The translations under genes were made by a program, and so were the position numbers. From Heptranchias perlo (taxonomy: Eukaryota): a stretch of DNA of 64,000 nucleotides. Below the pieces are notes generated by a model. It was not told the DNA's origin and did not search any database. It saw nothing but the letters and a program-made list of their open reading frames with translations. The stretch covers positions 11,222,001 to 11,286,000 of the forward strand of contig NW_027139442.1 in assembly GCF_035084215.1 (NCBI RefSeq), written 5' to 3'. Positions 39,001 through 53,454 of the stretch are shown here, one piece after another (within the stretch, counting starts at the first letter, position 1; every line of letters begins with the position of its first letter).

Positions 39001-39509
39001 TCTGCTGGACGTAAGCGAGAACTGTAAAAGAGCGGAACAAATTCACATTTTATGTCGTGGTTACAGAAATCGGACAATGTGCAACGTGAGGAAAGGTTCT
39101 CTCTGTAACTTCTACTCCCGTATTTTTGCTCGTTTTGTTATTGAAAAAAGATGACAATTGTTTCATAATAAAGTTTTTGTTTCACTCATTCGATAGTTGT
39201 GAATTTGCCCCATTATATTTCACTGTACATTGCACAGTATTTCTCTCTGATTTCTCAGGACACGATTTGCATTGCTCCTTTACCACATTTAGACACTTAT
39301 TTTCCAAGCAGTATGTGGCCTCCTTATTCCCCCTGGCAAAATGCACCAGCTCACACCTTTCTATATTGAAATTCAATGGCCATTTGCACGGCCGTTCTGC
39401 AAGCTTATTTTGTCGTAGTCTTCCTCAGTATTGACTACACCCCCTAAATTAATTAAAATCATTTAATACAGCATTACAACCAATGTTTTATCGAAAAAAT
39501 GTTCTCCAT

Positions 39510-40424
39510 TCCCAGTTTTTCTAAATCCCACCCGTACAATATAATGTGAAGAATGAGTTTATCTTCTGTCCCTCTCTCATCTGCAAACTTCAATGACCCG
39601 GGGTTTGGGGACATCTACTGGCCGGAAGCAGAACTGCAACAGTTCGGAACAAATTGCTGAAACCGGACAATGTGCAGTGTGAGCGTGTTTGTGATTGGTG
39701 GCAGGTATTAAATCTGATTTTTTAAACCTGCCCATTAACCTTTAGTGTTTGTTATTGAAGAGTAAACAGAGCCGGACAGTAAGGATGTGGGGAGTTATAC
39801 AAAGAGTATCTATTGCAGGCATCAGGTGAGAAGTTTGAAGGACACATTTTAAACAGTGGCTGTTTTGTTTCGGTTGAACGGTTAGTCCCATGGAAGAGGG
39901 GATTAGAAATCTGATATGTGCAAAGCTCCCCGCCCCATCGGGTAGTCCCATTCATGGATCAGTCCAGGGGTTGGGTTTTGTCTGAATGTCACTAAACTGT
40001 TGTAAAACAGCCCAACACACCTGGTGTGCAGAAGCTGAGTGCTGCAGTACTGCAGTGGAGTCAGACACTGACACTGTTTGTATCGCTGATTTTCATTTGT
40101 GGATATTCAATATTATTATTAACAGATATTAATCTGATCACTTCTGCATTTTCTACCTCACCTGTTCTTGATTTACAAGAGATACGTTTCTTTCTACAGG
40201 CAAAAACTTGAAGGAGCCAGAATGAATGTGAAATTTCCTCCACCCGAGGCAAAGGAACAGTGCAGCCAGCTGCTTCTCACACACAGTAGGTATATTCTCA
40301 CTCTCAGAGCACAGAGACACAGACAGGTCATCAGTTCCACAGTCCCACACAGCAGAAGTAGTCAGTCCCACACTGATCCAAAGTTCCAGAGTCACATTTT
40401 CAATCCAACAGTCAAACAGAGCAG
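39510..40424 (+). other. Chimeric copy: H2B upstream region fused to exon 2/3; spliced ORF 39785-39825 + 40200-40424 is open
   Basis: Same junction as at 21550; donor CAG|GTGAGA at 39826, acceptor TTTCTTTCTACAG| at 40199, donor CAG|GTGAGG at 40425. Confidence 0.7.
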
Positions 40425-40489
40425 GTGAGGCAGACACTGTTCCATTTCTCCCAAACTCAGTCCCGCTGACAGGTGGATTCAAAAATCCC

Positions 40490-43400
40490 AGCCCAAAATC
40501 ACACTATCAGATTGTCAATTTCACAAAAGGGCAACATTAGCCATGAATTAAATACCAGATGTCCCGAGATTCAAATTGAATACTAGCCCAGAACTCTCAC
40601 ACACACGTGAGTTTAATACATGCAGTATCCATTCGAATGGTGTATCATTCAAATACAAAATGAAGGCCGAAACTCATGCACAATATCAGATTGAGAAATG
40701 CTGTGACAGTGTAACCAGAGAAACAAATTAGATACCAGTTTATAATATACTCACATTATGAGATTTAAAGATACAGTATCAATTCTATTAGCACAGACTG
40801 AGATACACATTATTTACCAATTCAGAAATGTCACCATATCAATTTGAAAGATAAATTATCATTCACAATATTACTCACAGATTTACAGATTTAATAGTAG
40901 TCCAAAAAGCACACAAATTATCTGATTAAAGCCTCCAGCTTCAAATCCGAAAGTGTATCCATATTTACCAATTAAATAATGAGAAAAGCTATTCAAGCAT
41001 TAACATATTAAAGCTACAGTATTGAACATCATAATGTAATCTGAGAGAATAATTATGGACAGAAACAGAATGAATCTCACACTCCGATACAGTACAGAGA
41101 CAGACATGCAGAAGTAATCCCAAACTCGCATACAGTACTAGAGGTTGCCAGACACAGAGTGAATCCCATACTCAAGTATGGTACCAGAGATGACAGAAAC
41201 AGAATGAATCCCACTCAGGCATACAGTACCAAGGACAGACAGATACCGAGTTCATCCCAAATTCTAATAAAGCACTAGAGACTGAGAGTTAAAGTATGAA
41301 TCGCAAACTCACACACAGCAGCAGAGACTGACAGACACAGAATGAATCCCACACTCACACACAGTACCAGAGACTGACAGATACAAAATGAATCCCACAC
41401 TCACTCACAGCACCTGAGACTGACAGATACAGAATGAATCCCACACTCACTCACAGCACCTGAGACTGACAGATACAGAATGAATCCCACACTCACTCAC
41501 AGCACCCGAGACTGACAGATACAAAATGAATCCCACACTCACACACAGTACCAGAGACTGAGAGATACAAGGTGAATCTCACAGTCACCTACATTAGTGC
41601 AGGCTGAGTTATAAATTACGTTCCAGTCCAAAAATCTCAGTGTCAGATTGAAAGATACAGTATCAATTCCATTAGTGCAGACTGAGCTGCACATTAGAAA
41701 CCACGACAACAAAACTGATACAGATTCAGACTGAAATATACAGTATTCCATTCATGCAGACTGAGCTACACATTATATACAAGTTCAAAAATGTCACCAT
41801 ATCAATTGGAAGATGCACAAATTCACAATTGTGTTCCCAATGTAGATTTAATAGAATTCGAAAAATAGATGCCCACATTATCTTATTACATTTTTTAAAA
41901 TGTCATTATCTACCAATTAAAACTGGGAAAAATTATTCATACATTTCAGTATTAAAGATACAGATGTGAACGCCATCCTGTAAATGAAGATATAAATTAG
42001 ATACAGATAAAGAATGAATCTCTCACTCCGATAGAGTGCCAGAGACTGATATGTAGAATGAATCCCAAACTCATACAATGTACCAGCGACTGACAGATTC
42101 AAAATGAATCCCACACTCACACACTGTAGCACAGACTGACAGATACAGAATTTAAATCACTCACATACAGCATCAGAAATTGATAGATACAGAATGAATG
42201 TCTCACTCACATATAGTACCAGAGACTGAAAGGAACAGAACGAATCGCTCACACATACAAAATCAGAGACTGAGAGATATGGAATGAATCCCAAACTCAC
42301 ACACAGTACCAGAGACTGATAGATCCAGAATGAATACCACATTCACATAGAATATCAGGAACTGACAATCACAGAATGAATCTCACAGTCACACTACTGC
42401 AGACTGAGTTACATTTTACATACCAGTTCAAAGATATCATAGTGTCAGATTGAAAGCGACGGTATGAATACCATTAGTGCAGACTGAGCTACATAGTAGA
42501 AATATTAGTAAATACTCATAGAGTAATATACTGAAATAAACAGTATCAATACCATTCGTTCAGACTGAGCTACACATTATATACCAGTCCAAAAACCTCA
42601 TAAATGATCAGACTGGAAGATACAGTATCAATTCTATTAGCACTGCCTGACCTGTACATTACATACCAGACTGAAAATCCCATAAAATCTTCGACTGAAA
42701 TAAACAGTATCAATTCCATGAGTGCAGACTGAGCCACACATTACATCGCAGTCCAAGAATCTCATACCCTATCAGACTCAAAGATACAATAACAATTCCA
42801 TTAGCACAGATGACGAGTCCAAAAATCTCATAGAATATCAGATTGAAAGATTCAGTATCACTTCCATTTGTGCAGAATGAGCTACACATCACATTCCAGT
42901 CCAAAAATCTCATACAGTATCAGACTGATAGATACAGTATCAATTCCTTTAGTGCAGGCTGAGCTACATATTACATACCAGTCCAAAAATCTCATACAAT
43001 ATTAGATTGAGATGCAGAATTAATCCCATTATTGCTGACTGAGCTATACATTACATACCAATCCAATAATTTCACCACGAACAGATTGAAAGGTACATTA
43101 TCATTCACAACAGAGTTCAGAGATTAAGATGTAATCACACTCCAAAGCTCACACACGTTGTTTGATTAAAGAAAATTGAAAAGTGTATCCATATTTACAA
43201 ATTAAACACTGGACGAAGAACTGCATATAATTTAAAGTATCAAAGATACAGTTTCAAATACGATACTGTAAACTGAAATAAGAATACAGAATGAATCCAG
43301 ACTTGCACATTGTCTCAGAGACTGAATTACAGAATTAATCCCACACTGAGATAATGTAGCAGAGACTGACAGATACAGAATAAATCTCACACTCACACAC

Positions 43401-44680
43401 AGCACCAGAGACCTGCAGATACAGAATGAATCCCACACTCACATACAGTACCAGAGACTGACAGATACAGAATTAATCCCACTCACACACAGTACCAGAG
43501 ACCGACAGATACAGAATGAATCTCCACACTCACAGACTGTACTGGAGACGACAGATATAGAATGAATGTCACAGTCACATTACTGAAGACTGAGTTACAC
43601 TTTACAGACCAGTCCAAATATCTCATAGTGGCAGATTGAAAGATACAGTCTAAATTCTATTGGTGCAGACTGAGCTACATATAGGATATAGTGGTAAATA
43701 CTCGTGTTTGCTGAAATAAACATTATCAATACCATTGGTACAGACTGAGCTACACATTACGTACTAGTCCAAAAATCACAAATGATCAGATTGGAAGATA
43801 CAATTTAAATTCTATTCGCACTGCCTGAGCTGAACATTATATATCAGTCCAACAATCTCATACAATATTAGACTGAAAGATACAGAATCGATTCAATTAG
43901 TGAAAACTGAGCCACACATTATATAGCAATCCAAGAATCTCATACCGTATCAGACTCAAAGATACAATATTAATTCCATTAGCACAGACTGAGCTACACG
44001 TTACTCACCAGTCCAAAAATCTCAAACTGAATCTTTCAATGTGACACTGTATCAATTCCATTCGTGCAGCCTGAGCTATACATTGCATTCCAGTCCAAAA
44101 ATTTCATACAGTATAAGAATGATAGATACAGTATCAATTACTTTAGTGCAGGATGAGCTACATATTACATACCAGTCCAAAAATCACATACAGTGTTAGA
44201 CTCAGATGCAGAATTAATCCCATTATTGCAGACTGAACTACACATTACTCACCAGTCCAGTAATTTCAACGTGAACAGATTGAAAGGTATATTATCATTC
44301 ACAATAGAGTTCAGAGATTAAGATGTAACACGACTCCAAAACTCTCACACGTTGTTTGATTAAAGAAAATCAAAAAGTGTATCTGTGTAAACAAATTAAA
44401 TGCTCGATGAAGACATGTATATACTTTAAAGTTTCAATACAATAGTGGAAACTGAAATAAGAGTATAGAATGCACATTGTCACAGAGATTGAATTGCAGA
44501 ATGAATCCCACACTGAGATAAAGTAGCAGAGAATGGCAGATACAGAATGTATCCCACACACAGACAGTACCAGAGACTGACAGATGCAGAATATACCCCA
44601 TGCTCACACTCAGTTTCAGAGACTGACAGATACAGAATAAACCCCAGTCTCATATCCAGTACCAGAGACTGACCTCGACT
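40490..44680 (+). repeat. Composite 46/82-bp satellite block
   Basis: Same units as above. Confidence 0.88.
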
Positions 44681-45409
44681 GACGGGAAGCGACAACTATA
44701 ATAAGGCAACGAATTCACATTCTCTGTCGTGGTTCCAGAAACAGGACAATGTGCAATGTGAGGGATGTTTCTGTCTGTAACTTTTACTCTCGTATTTTTG
44801 CACTTTTTGACGGTGAAAAATGAAGACAATTGATTCATAATAAAGTTTTTGTTTCACTCGTTCCATAGTTGTGAATTTGCCCCATTATATATCACTGTAC
44901 ATTGCACAGTATTTCTCTCTGATATCTCAGGATGATTTACATTGCTCCTCTACCCCATTTAGACTCTTATTTTCCATGCAGTATGTGGCCTCCTTATTCC
45001 CCTTGGCGAAATGCCCCAATTGTGGGAACACAATTGTGAATTTGTGCATCTTCCAATTGATATGGTGACATTTTTGAACTTGTATATAATGTGTAGCTCA
45101 GTCTGCATGAATGGAATACTGTATATTTCAGTCTGAATCTGTATCAGTTTTGTTGTCGTGGTTTCTAATGTGCAGCTCAGTCTGCACTAATGGAATTGAT
45201 ATTGCGATTCATACTTTAACTCTCAGTCTCTTGTGCTTTATTTCTATATTGAAATTCAATGGCCATTTACAAGGCCGTTCTGCATGTTTATTTTGTCCCA
45301 GTCTTGATCTGTATTGACTATATCTCCGAAACAAATTACAAGAATTTATCACAGTATCACAACCAGTGTTTGCTCTAACAAAATGTACTTGCAGCTCGTC
45401 TCAATCCCC

Positions 45410-47240
45410 AGTTTTTCTAAATCCCACCCGTGCAATATAATGTGAAGAATGAGTTTATCTTCTGTCCCTCTCTCATCTGCAAACTTCAATGACCCGGGGT
45501 TTGGGGACATCTACTGGCCGGAAGCAGAACTGCAACAGTTCGGAACAAATTGCTGAAACCGGACAATGTGCAGTGTGAGCGTGTTTGTGATTGGTGGCAG
45601 GTATTAAATCTGATTTTTTTAAACCTGCCCATTAACCTTTAGTGTTTGTTATAGAACAGTAAACAGAGCCGGACAGTAAGGATATGGGGAGTTATACAAA
45701 AAGCATCTATTGCAGGCATCAGGTGAGAAGTTTGAAGGACACATTTTAAACAGCGGCTGTTTAGTTTTGGTTGAACGGTTAGTCCCATGGGAGAGGGGAT
45801 TAGAAATCTGATATGTGCAAAGGTATCCGCCCCATCGGGTAGTCCCATTCATGGATCAGTGCAGGGGTTGGGCTGTGTGTGGATGTCACTAAATTGTTGT
45901 AAAACAGCCCAACTTACCTGGTGTGCAGAAGCTGAGTGCTGCAGTACTGCAGTGGAGTCAGACACTGACACTGTTTGTATCGCTGGTTTTCATTTGTGGA
46001 TATTACAATGATTATTAACAGAGAGATTCAATTGATCACTTTTGTATTTTCTACCTCAACTGTTCTTGACTTACAAGAGATAATTTTTCTTCCTACAGGC
46101 AAATCCTTGAAGGGCCCAGAATTAGTGTGATGTTTCCTCCACCCGTGGCACAAGGAACAGTGCAGCCAGCTCCTTCTCACACACAGTATGTATAGAGTCA
46201 TAGAGTCATAGAGTTATACAGCACGGATAGAGGCCCTTCGGCCCATCGTGTCCGCGCCGGCCATCAGCCCTGTCTACTCTAATCCCATATTCCAGCATTT
46301 GGTCCGTAGCCTTGTATGCTATGGCATTTCAAGTGCTCATCCAAATGCTTCTTGAATGTTGTGAGGGTTCCTGCCTCCACAACCCTTTCAGACAGTGAGT
46401 TCCAGACTCCAACCACCCTCTGGGTGAAAAAGTTCTTTCTCAATTCCCCTCTAAACCTCCCGCCTTTTACCTTGAATTTATGTCCACTTGTTATTGAACC
46501 CTCAAAGAAGGGAAAAAGCTCCTTAGTATCCATCCTATCTGTGCCCCTCATAATTTTGTACACCTCAATCATGTCCCCCCTCAGCCTCCTCTGCTCCAAG
46601 GAAAACAAACCCAATCTTGCCAGTCTCTCTTCATAGCTGAAGCGCTCCAGCCCTGTTAACATCCTGGTGAATTTCCTCTGCACCCTCTCCAAAGCAATCA
46701 CATCCTTCCTGAAGTGTGGCGACCAGAACTGCACACAGTACTCCAGCTGTGGCCTAACCAGTGTTTTATACAGCTCCATCATAACCTCCTTGCTCTTATA
46801 TTCTATGCCTCGGCTAATAAAGGCAAGTCTCCCATATGCCTTCTTTACCACCTTATCTACCTGTTCCGCCGCCTTCAGGGATCTGTGAACTTGCACAACA
46901 AGATCCCTCTGACCCTCTGTCTTGCCTAGGGTCCTCCCATTCATTCTGTATTCCCTTGCCTTGTTAGTCCCTCCAAAGTGCATCACCTCGCACTTTTCCG
47001 GGTTAAATTCCATTTGCCACTGTTCCGCCCATCTGACCAACCCATCTCTTTAGTCCTGCAGACTGAGGCTATCCTCCTCGCTATTTACCACCCTACCAAT
47101 CTTTCTGAATATACTCTGTGAGTATATTATCACTCACAGAGCACAGAGACACAGACAGGTCATCAATCCCACAGTCTCACACAGCAGAAATAGTCAATGC
47201 CAAACTGATCCCAATCCAACAGTCAAACAGAGCAGGAGAG
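45410..47240 (+). other. Chimeric copy: H2B upstream region fused to exon 2/3, interrupted by a CR1 insertion
   Basis: Matches 21350-22220 on both sides of the 46195-47104 insertion. Confidence 0.72.
46195..47104 (-). mobile_element. Young 5'-truncated CR1 LINE with (CTATGACT)n tail
   Basis: Uninterrupted 253-aa ORF2 C-terminus (46279-47040); tail reads GAGTCATA repeats on the plus strand; candidate TSD GTATA at 46190-46194 and 47122-47126. Confidence 0.92.
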
Positions 47241-47289
47241 ACTGACGGAATTTCTATTTCACAATGACTCAATACCGCTGACTGGCAGA

Positions 47290-48740
47290 TAAATAATTCC
47301 CAGTCGAAAATCACACCCAGTATCAGATTGAAAGGCACTGTGTTAATCTCACATAAGATCAGAATTAGCTACAAATTAAATACCAGATAGAACTGACACA
47401 TGGTACTGATTGATAGGTACAGAATGAATCACAATAGTGTACCCCGAGATTCAAATTAAATACCAGCCCACAACTCACACCACATTATGAGTTTAAAGAT
47501 GCAGTATTCATGCCAATATTATACACTGAGATACAAATTAGATACCAGTTCAGATGTTACCCATATTTGACTCACATATATGTCCAAAAACCTCATAGTG
47601 TCAGAATGAAATGTACAGTTTCAATCCTATTGTTGCAGATTGAGCTACACATTATATACCAGTCCAAAATTTGCATAAAGTATCATACTGGAAGATACAG
47701 TATCAATCCCATTAGACAGAGGTACACATTAGTTACCTGTCCAAAAATCATATTTATCAAACTGAAAGGCAGAGTATCAATTCCCTTACTGCAAACGGAG
47801 GTTCACATTAGATACCTGTCCAGAAATCACGTACAGTACCATACTGAAAGAAATAGTATTGATTTAATTAGTACAGACTGACCTACACGTTACATACCAG
47901 TACAAAAATCTCACGCAGTTTCAGACTGGAAGATACAGTATCAATCCCATTAGTGCAGACTGAGGTGTACATTAGATACCAGTCCAAAAGTCACATTCAG
48001 TGTCAAAATGAAAGATACAGTATCAATTCCTTTCGTGCAGACTGAACTACACCTTACAAACCTGTCTAAATATATTACACAGTATCAGACTGAAAGGTAC
48101 AGTATGAATTCCATTTTACAGACTGAACCACACATTACATACCAGTCCAAAAATCTCATACAGTGTCAGACTGAAAGATACAATAATTATTCTATTAGCC
48201 CAGACTGAGCTACAAAATAAATACCAGTCGAATAATTTCACAGTAAAAGATTGAAATACACATTATCTTCACGGAGATTAAGATGTAATCATTCAACAAA
48301 ACTCGCACACATTGTTTGATTAAAACAAAATCCAAAAGTGTATCAATATTTACAAATTAATGCAGCACGAAAGATTTGCATACATTAATGAATTAAACAT
48401 ACAGTTTCAAGTACCATACTCTAACCTGAAATAAGAATAGAGAACGAATCCAGACTTGCACTTTGCCCAGAGACTGAGTTACAGAATGAATCCCACACTG
48501 AAATAGAATACCAGAGACTGACAGTCACAGAATGAATCCCACACTCACAGATAGCACCAGAGATTGAGAGATACAAAACGAATCACACACTCACACACAG
48601 TACCAGAGACTGACAGATACAGAATGAATCCCACACTCACAGACTGTATTGGAGACTGACGGATACAGAATGAATATCACACTCACATACAGTACCAGAG
48701 AATGACAGACATAGAATTAATGCCACACTCACATGCAGTC
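47290..48740 (+). repeat. Composite 82/46-bp satellite block
   Basis: Paralogous to 22270-24420. Confidence 0.88.
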
Positions 48741-49699
48741 TGACATCTACTGGCCATAAGTGAGAACTGTAACTGAGTGGAACAAATTCACATTCTCTGT
48801 CGTTGTTCCAGATTCAGGACAGTGTGCAATGTGAGGAAATAATTTCTCTCTGTAACTTCTACTCCCGTATTTTTTCTAATTTTGTCAGTTAAAAATTAGA
48901 CAATTGATTTCGAATAAAGTTTTTGTTTTCCTCATTCGAAAGTTGCCCCATTATATTTCACTCTACATTGCGCAATATTTCTGTCTGAATTCTCAGGAGA
49001 CGATTTATATTAATTCAAATAAACCGAACTGAAACACAAATAAAAACTGAGTGCAAATCTGCAAGTTTCAACGGCGACCGTCAAAAGTGAAAGGGATAAA
49101 ATATAGAAAAAAATCAAACCGAAAATGCTGGAAAGGCTCAGCAGGTCCGGCACCATCTGTGGAGAATGGAAGCTTGGGTTAACGGTTCAGGACTATGACC
49201 CTTCTATAGATCAGAAAGGTTAATCCGACATAATTTAAATAAGGAACGGGAATCAGCAGAGGGAAAAACTTCAGAAAATCAATTAATTTCACTGAATCCG
49301 AGCAATTGTGTCCCGTATCCACTGTACAGATCAGGACAAATAATAATACAAAGGAACAGAGTTAAATTCAACGATATGGGGGAAATAAATGAATTTTAAA
49401 AATATTTTTTTATATAAATTAGACTCGTTTGTGTTTTGAAAACACTATCCCTCTGAACATCATCAAATTCGGTTTCAGTCTTGGTGTTTCTGAATTCAGC
49501 GTGCTGGGATTCAAACCTGTTGGAATTAATTGTTTGGAAGGGAGCGATACTCACCATCATAGCACCTTAGTTCACTGGGAGGGAGAAATAGAGCGTTTCT
49601 GTGGAGTTTCGGACTGAATTGCTCCCTTTGGGTTACTGTCACTTTAATCAAAGACAATAAACAGTTCCCAAACATCAGCCCCTGAACAGACACAACAAG

Positions 49700-50725
49700 C
49701 TGGTGGAATTTCTCATTCATAGATATTAAATAAGGGGATGACAAAAGCGAATAGGAAGAGGTTAGGAAGAAGTCACAAAAACAATTAGGGAAGCAAACAG
49801 GAATCACGAAATCAAATTATCAAGGAATATAAAAAGAAATCGTAAATTATTGTACAGAGCCAGAAATAACAGAAGGAAAACCAGAATATCTTGAGGGCCA
49901 CTAAGGGATTGACAAGATAAACTCACAGGTAACGTCAGCGAAATGGCAGAAATATTGAATTATTACTTTCCCTCAGTATATTCCCGGGAGATTAACAGGG
50001 TGAATATGATATAGAGGAAGAGGCCAATAAAGATATCAAGGCATTTAAGTTAGAAAGGGTGGTTAAACTCCTGATCCTGATGGATTGCATCTGCACTTAT
50101 TAAATGAAGCAAAGGAAGAGATAGCAGAGGCATTGTTACATATATAGAAAAAATCATTACAGAAAGGAATAGTGCCAGAGGACTGGATGACAGTTGATGT
50201 GATTCTTATATTTTGAAACAGGAAATAGAACAATTCCAGGGAACTGTGGACCAGTTAACTAAAGGTCAGTGGTAGGAATGATCATGGAATCTTTTACTCA
50301 ATGAAGCAACAGAAAAACATCCAGAAACCGAAAATATAATAAGGAATAGTCAGCACGGATTTCAGAAAAAGAAGATTTAATAGTTTGACAGAAGGTTTGA
50401 AAGTTAAAATTACAGTTCAACATAACTTATCTGCTTTTCAAATATATTCCTCTAGAAATAAACCTCTGTGTTTGCATTTCATGGCCTTATCAACCTGTGT
50501 TGCTACTTTTAAAGATTTGTCAATCTGTACCCCTAAATCCCATTGCTCTTCTACCCCATTTAGACTCTTATTTTCAAAGCAGTGTTTGGCCTCCTTATTC
50601 CCCCGAGCAAAATGCACCACCTCACACCTTTCTATATGGAAATTCAATGGCCATTTACACCGCCTTTCAGCAAGCTTATTAAAGTCTTCTTGTATTTTGT
50701 CGTAGTCTTCCTCAGTATAGGCTAT
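49700..50725. mobile_element. Degraded CR1 in two convergent pieces (duplicate of 25380-26420)
   Basis: Colinear similarity to 25380-26420; ORF 50438-50749(-) is CR1 RT-like. Confidence 0.8.
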
Positions 50726-51186
50726 ACCCCCAACATTAATTACAAGCATTTAATACAGCATTACAACTCATGTTTTGTCGAACAAACTGTTTTCCATTCC
50801 CAGTTTTTCGAAATCCCACCCGTGCAATATAATGTGAAGAATGAGTTTATCTTCTGTCCCTCTCTCATCTGCAAACTTCAATGACCCGGGGTTTGGGGAC
50901 ATCTACTGGCCGGAAGCAGAACTGCAACAGTTCGGAACAAATTGATGAAACCGGACAACAAGCAGTGTGAGCGTGTTTGTGATTGGTGGCAGGTATTAAA
51001 TCTGATTGGATATTTGAAGAAACCAATCAGAGAGTTAAAGTTAATTATTGTGACCTCACTACGAATGACCCAATCACAATCATTGCCTTCCTCCATCCCT
51101 TATTAGCATAGGGCTGTGGGGCTGCCGATTTAATCCGAGTTCGGAGCGGATTTGGGTCATTCCTGGGTCTGAAATTGAGTTTGAAA

Positions 51187-51579
51187 ATGCCTGAGGACAA
51201 GAAAGCAGCTTCCAAGAAGGGCGCCAAGAAAACCTTGAGTAAAGCACCAGCCAAGGGCGGCAAGAAGCGGAGAAAGTCGAGGAAGGAGAGTTACTCCATC
51301 TACGTCTACAAAGTGATGAAGCAGGTTCACCCCGACACCGGCATCTCCTCCAAGGCCATGAGCATCATGAACTCCTTTGTGAACGATATTTTCGAGCGCA
51401 TCGCGGGTGAGGCTTCCCGCCTGGCCCATTATAATAAACGGCGCACCATCAGCTCCCGGGAGATCCAGACCGCCGTGCGCCTGCTGCTGCCCGGGGAACT
51501 GGCCAAGCACGCCGTGTCGGAAGGGGCAAAGGCGGTGACCAAGTACACCAGCTCCAAGGAAAACTCCTCAATATACTGA
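51187..51579 (+). CDS. H2B: Histone H2B copy 2 with lost stop codon (130 aa, extra ENSSIY); possible pseudogene
   Basis: TAA to GAA after YTSSK; stem-loop first pair broken; TATA changed to GATTTAA. Confidence 0.8.
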   Translation: MPEDKKAASKKGAKKTLSKAPAKGGKKRRKSRKESYSIYVYKVMKQVHPDTGISSKAMSIMNSFVNDIFERIAGEASRLAHYNKRRTISSREIQTAVRLLLPGELAKHAVSEGAKAVTKYTSSKENSSIY

Positions 51580-51597
51580 AAAGAAAATAAACACAAA

Positions 51598-51613
51598 TGC
51601 TCTTTTCAGAGCC
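51598..51613 (+). terminator. Mutated histone stem-loop (H2B copy 2)
   Basis: TGCTCTTTTCAGAGCC-ACCCA (G1 to T). Confidence 0.85.
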
Positions 51614-52505
51614 ACCCACAGTCTCTCTGAAAAACTGCACCAACACCTCGATGGAATCATTTTACTGTCGATAGTTTGATACTCACTGTCTCTCTAACTT
51701 GTGCTTTTGTAATTTCACTTGAAATCTGGTAGATTCTCATAATCACTGCCCGGTATAATCTCTGTCGTTGTTTTATTTAGTTTCAATCACCAAAAACGTG
51801 TCCCTGATCCTCTCGTCCCCGGTCATATTCCGCCCCTTCCCCCGCATCTGCCCCTTCAGAGCCGTTTTAAGGTCATTTCTTTCTCCTTTTCACGTTTTTT
51901 TGTTCATTATTCGGGAATATCACTTTCAGAACCGCAATCCTCTTTAAAGCAACAACCCTGAAAGGGACTTCACACCGACTACAGAATAGTCTAAAGGCTC
52001 TGTCACTGTTCGACTTCTTACACCAGGAGTCTCGGCTCCGGTTTCGATCGCGCTGCAGCTCCTGTGAACAGGCATCAATCCACAATCTGTGGTTTGTTAC
52101 TTTTACAAAGATTGAGCTGGGATCTGTCCCGTTACAAAATGGGACTTTATTCCCGCCGGATTGAAAGCGAACGGTGAATGAAGCCGGATTTTCACCGGAT
52201 TGTAAAAGATTCTGGAAGTTGTGACTGGAAATGTGCAATAACAGAGTAAATGGAGAGAGATTTTTAAATCTTTGTCTTAAGGCGACATTATTTACTTAAT
52301 CCGCTTCTTGTGTTACAAATATATTGGCGGGCATTTCAAATTTCAATAAAACGGTTCAGTTCGGTATTTTCCGCCTTTTTCTCATTGCCGGCTATTGATT
52401 GGTGAATAAAACAGCTCTCTCATTTGGCTGTTCGTTGAACCAATGAGATTGAGAACAGATGAACCAATCACAAGTGCCCCCACTGCACTCCTCCAGAAGG
52501 TATAA

Positions 52506-52955
<450 letters not shown>

Positions 52956-52985
52956 AGCAGTTAAGATTTAATCTGATAACCCAAA

Positions 52986-53001
52986 GGCTCTTTTCAGAGC
53001 C
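52986..53001 (+). terminator. Histone 3' stem-loop (H2A copy 2)
   Basis: GGCTCTTTTCAGAGCC-ACCCA; HDE GAAAGGGCTG. Confidence 0.97.
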
Positions 53002-53134
53002 ACCCACTGTATCTATGAAAGGGCTGGTTACTGTCTGAAGAGACTGACCTATTGATTACAGTTATCCCCGGTCTACGTTAATATATTACATCACTACAGC
53101 GGTTAAACTTATGGGAGTCAATGTAAGTTACCGA

Positions 53135-53425
53135 GCACATGGGTGATAGGTGAACGGGTCTTGGTGGGAGTTAGGATAGGGGAACGGAGTTTTGGAGGAG
53201 TTGAAGTTTGCAGAGGGCGTCAGATAGGAGGCTGACCAGGAGAGCATTGGAAGAGCCAAGTCTGGAGGTAACAAGGGCGTGGATGAGGGTTTCAGCACCA
53301 GATCAGCTGAGGCAGGGGCGGAGACGCGCGATGTTTCGGAGGTGGAAGTTGGCGGTCTTGGTGGTGGAGCGGAAATGGGGTCAGATGCTTATCTCAGGGT
53401 AAATTGGACGCTGAGGTTGCGAAGT
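53135..53425 (-). mobile_element. L2-clade LINE ORF2 fragment
   Basis: Minus strand TKTANFHLRNIARLRPCLS...AETLIHALVTSRL...NALL...KLQLLQN, a typical L2 ORF2 segment. Confidence 0.8.
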
Positions 53426-53454
53426 TTTATGATTCCGCTTCACACAGTGGCCAA

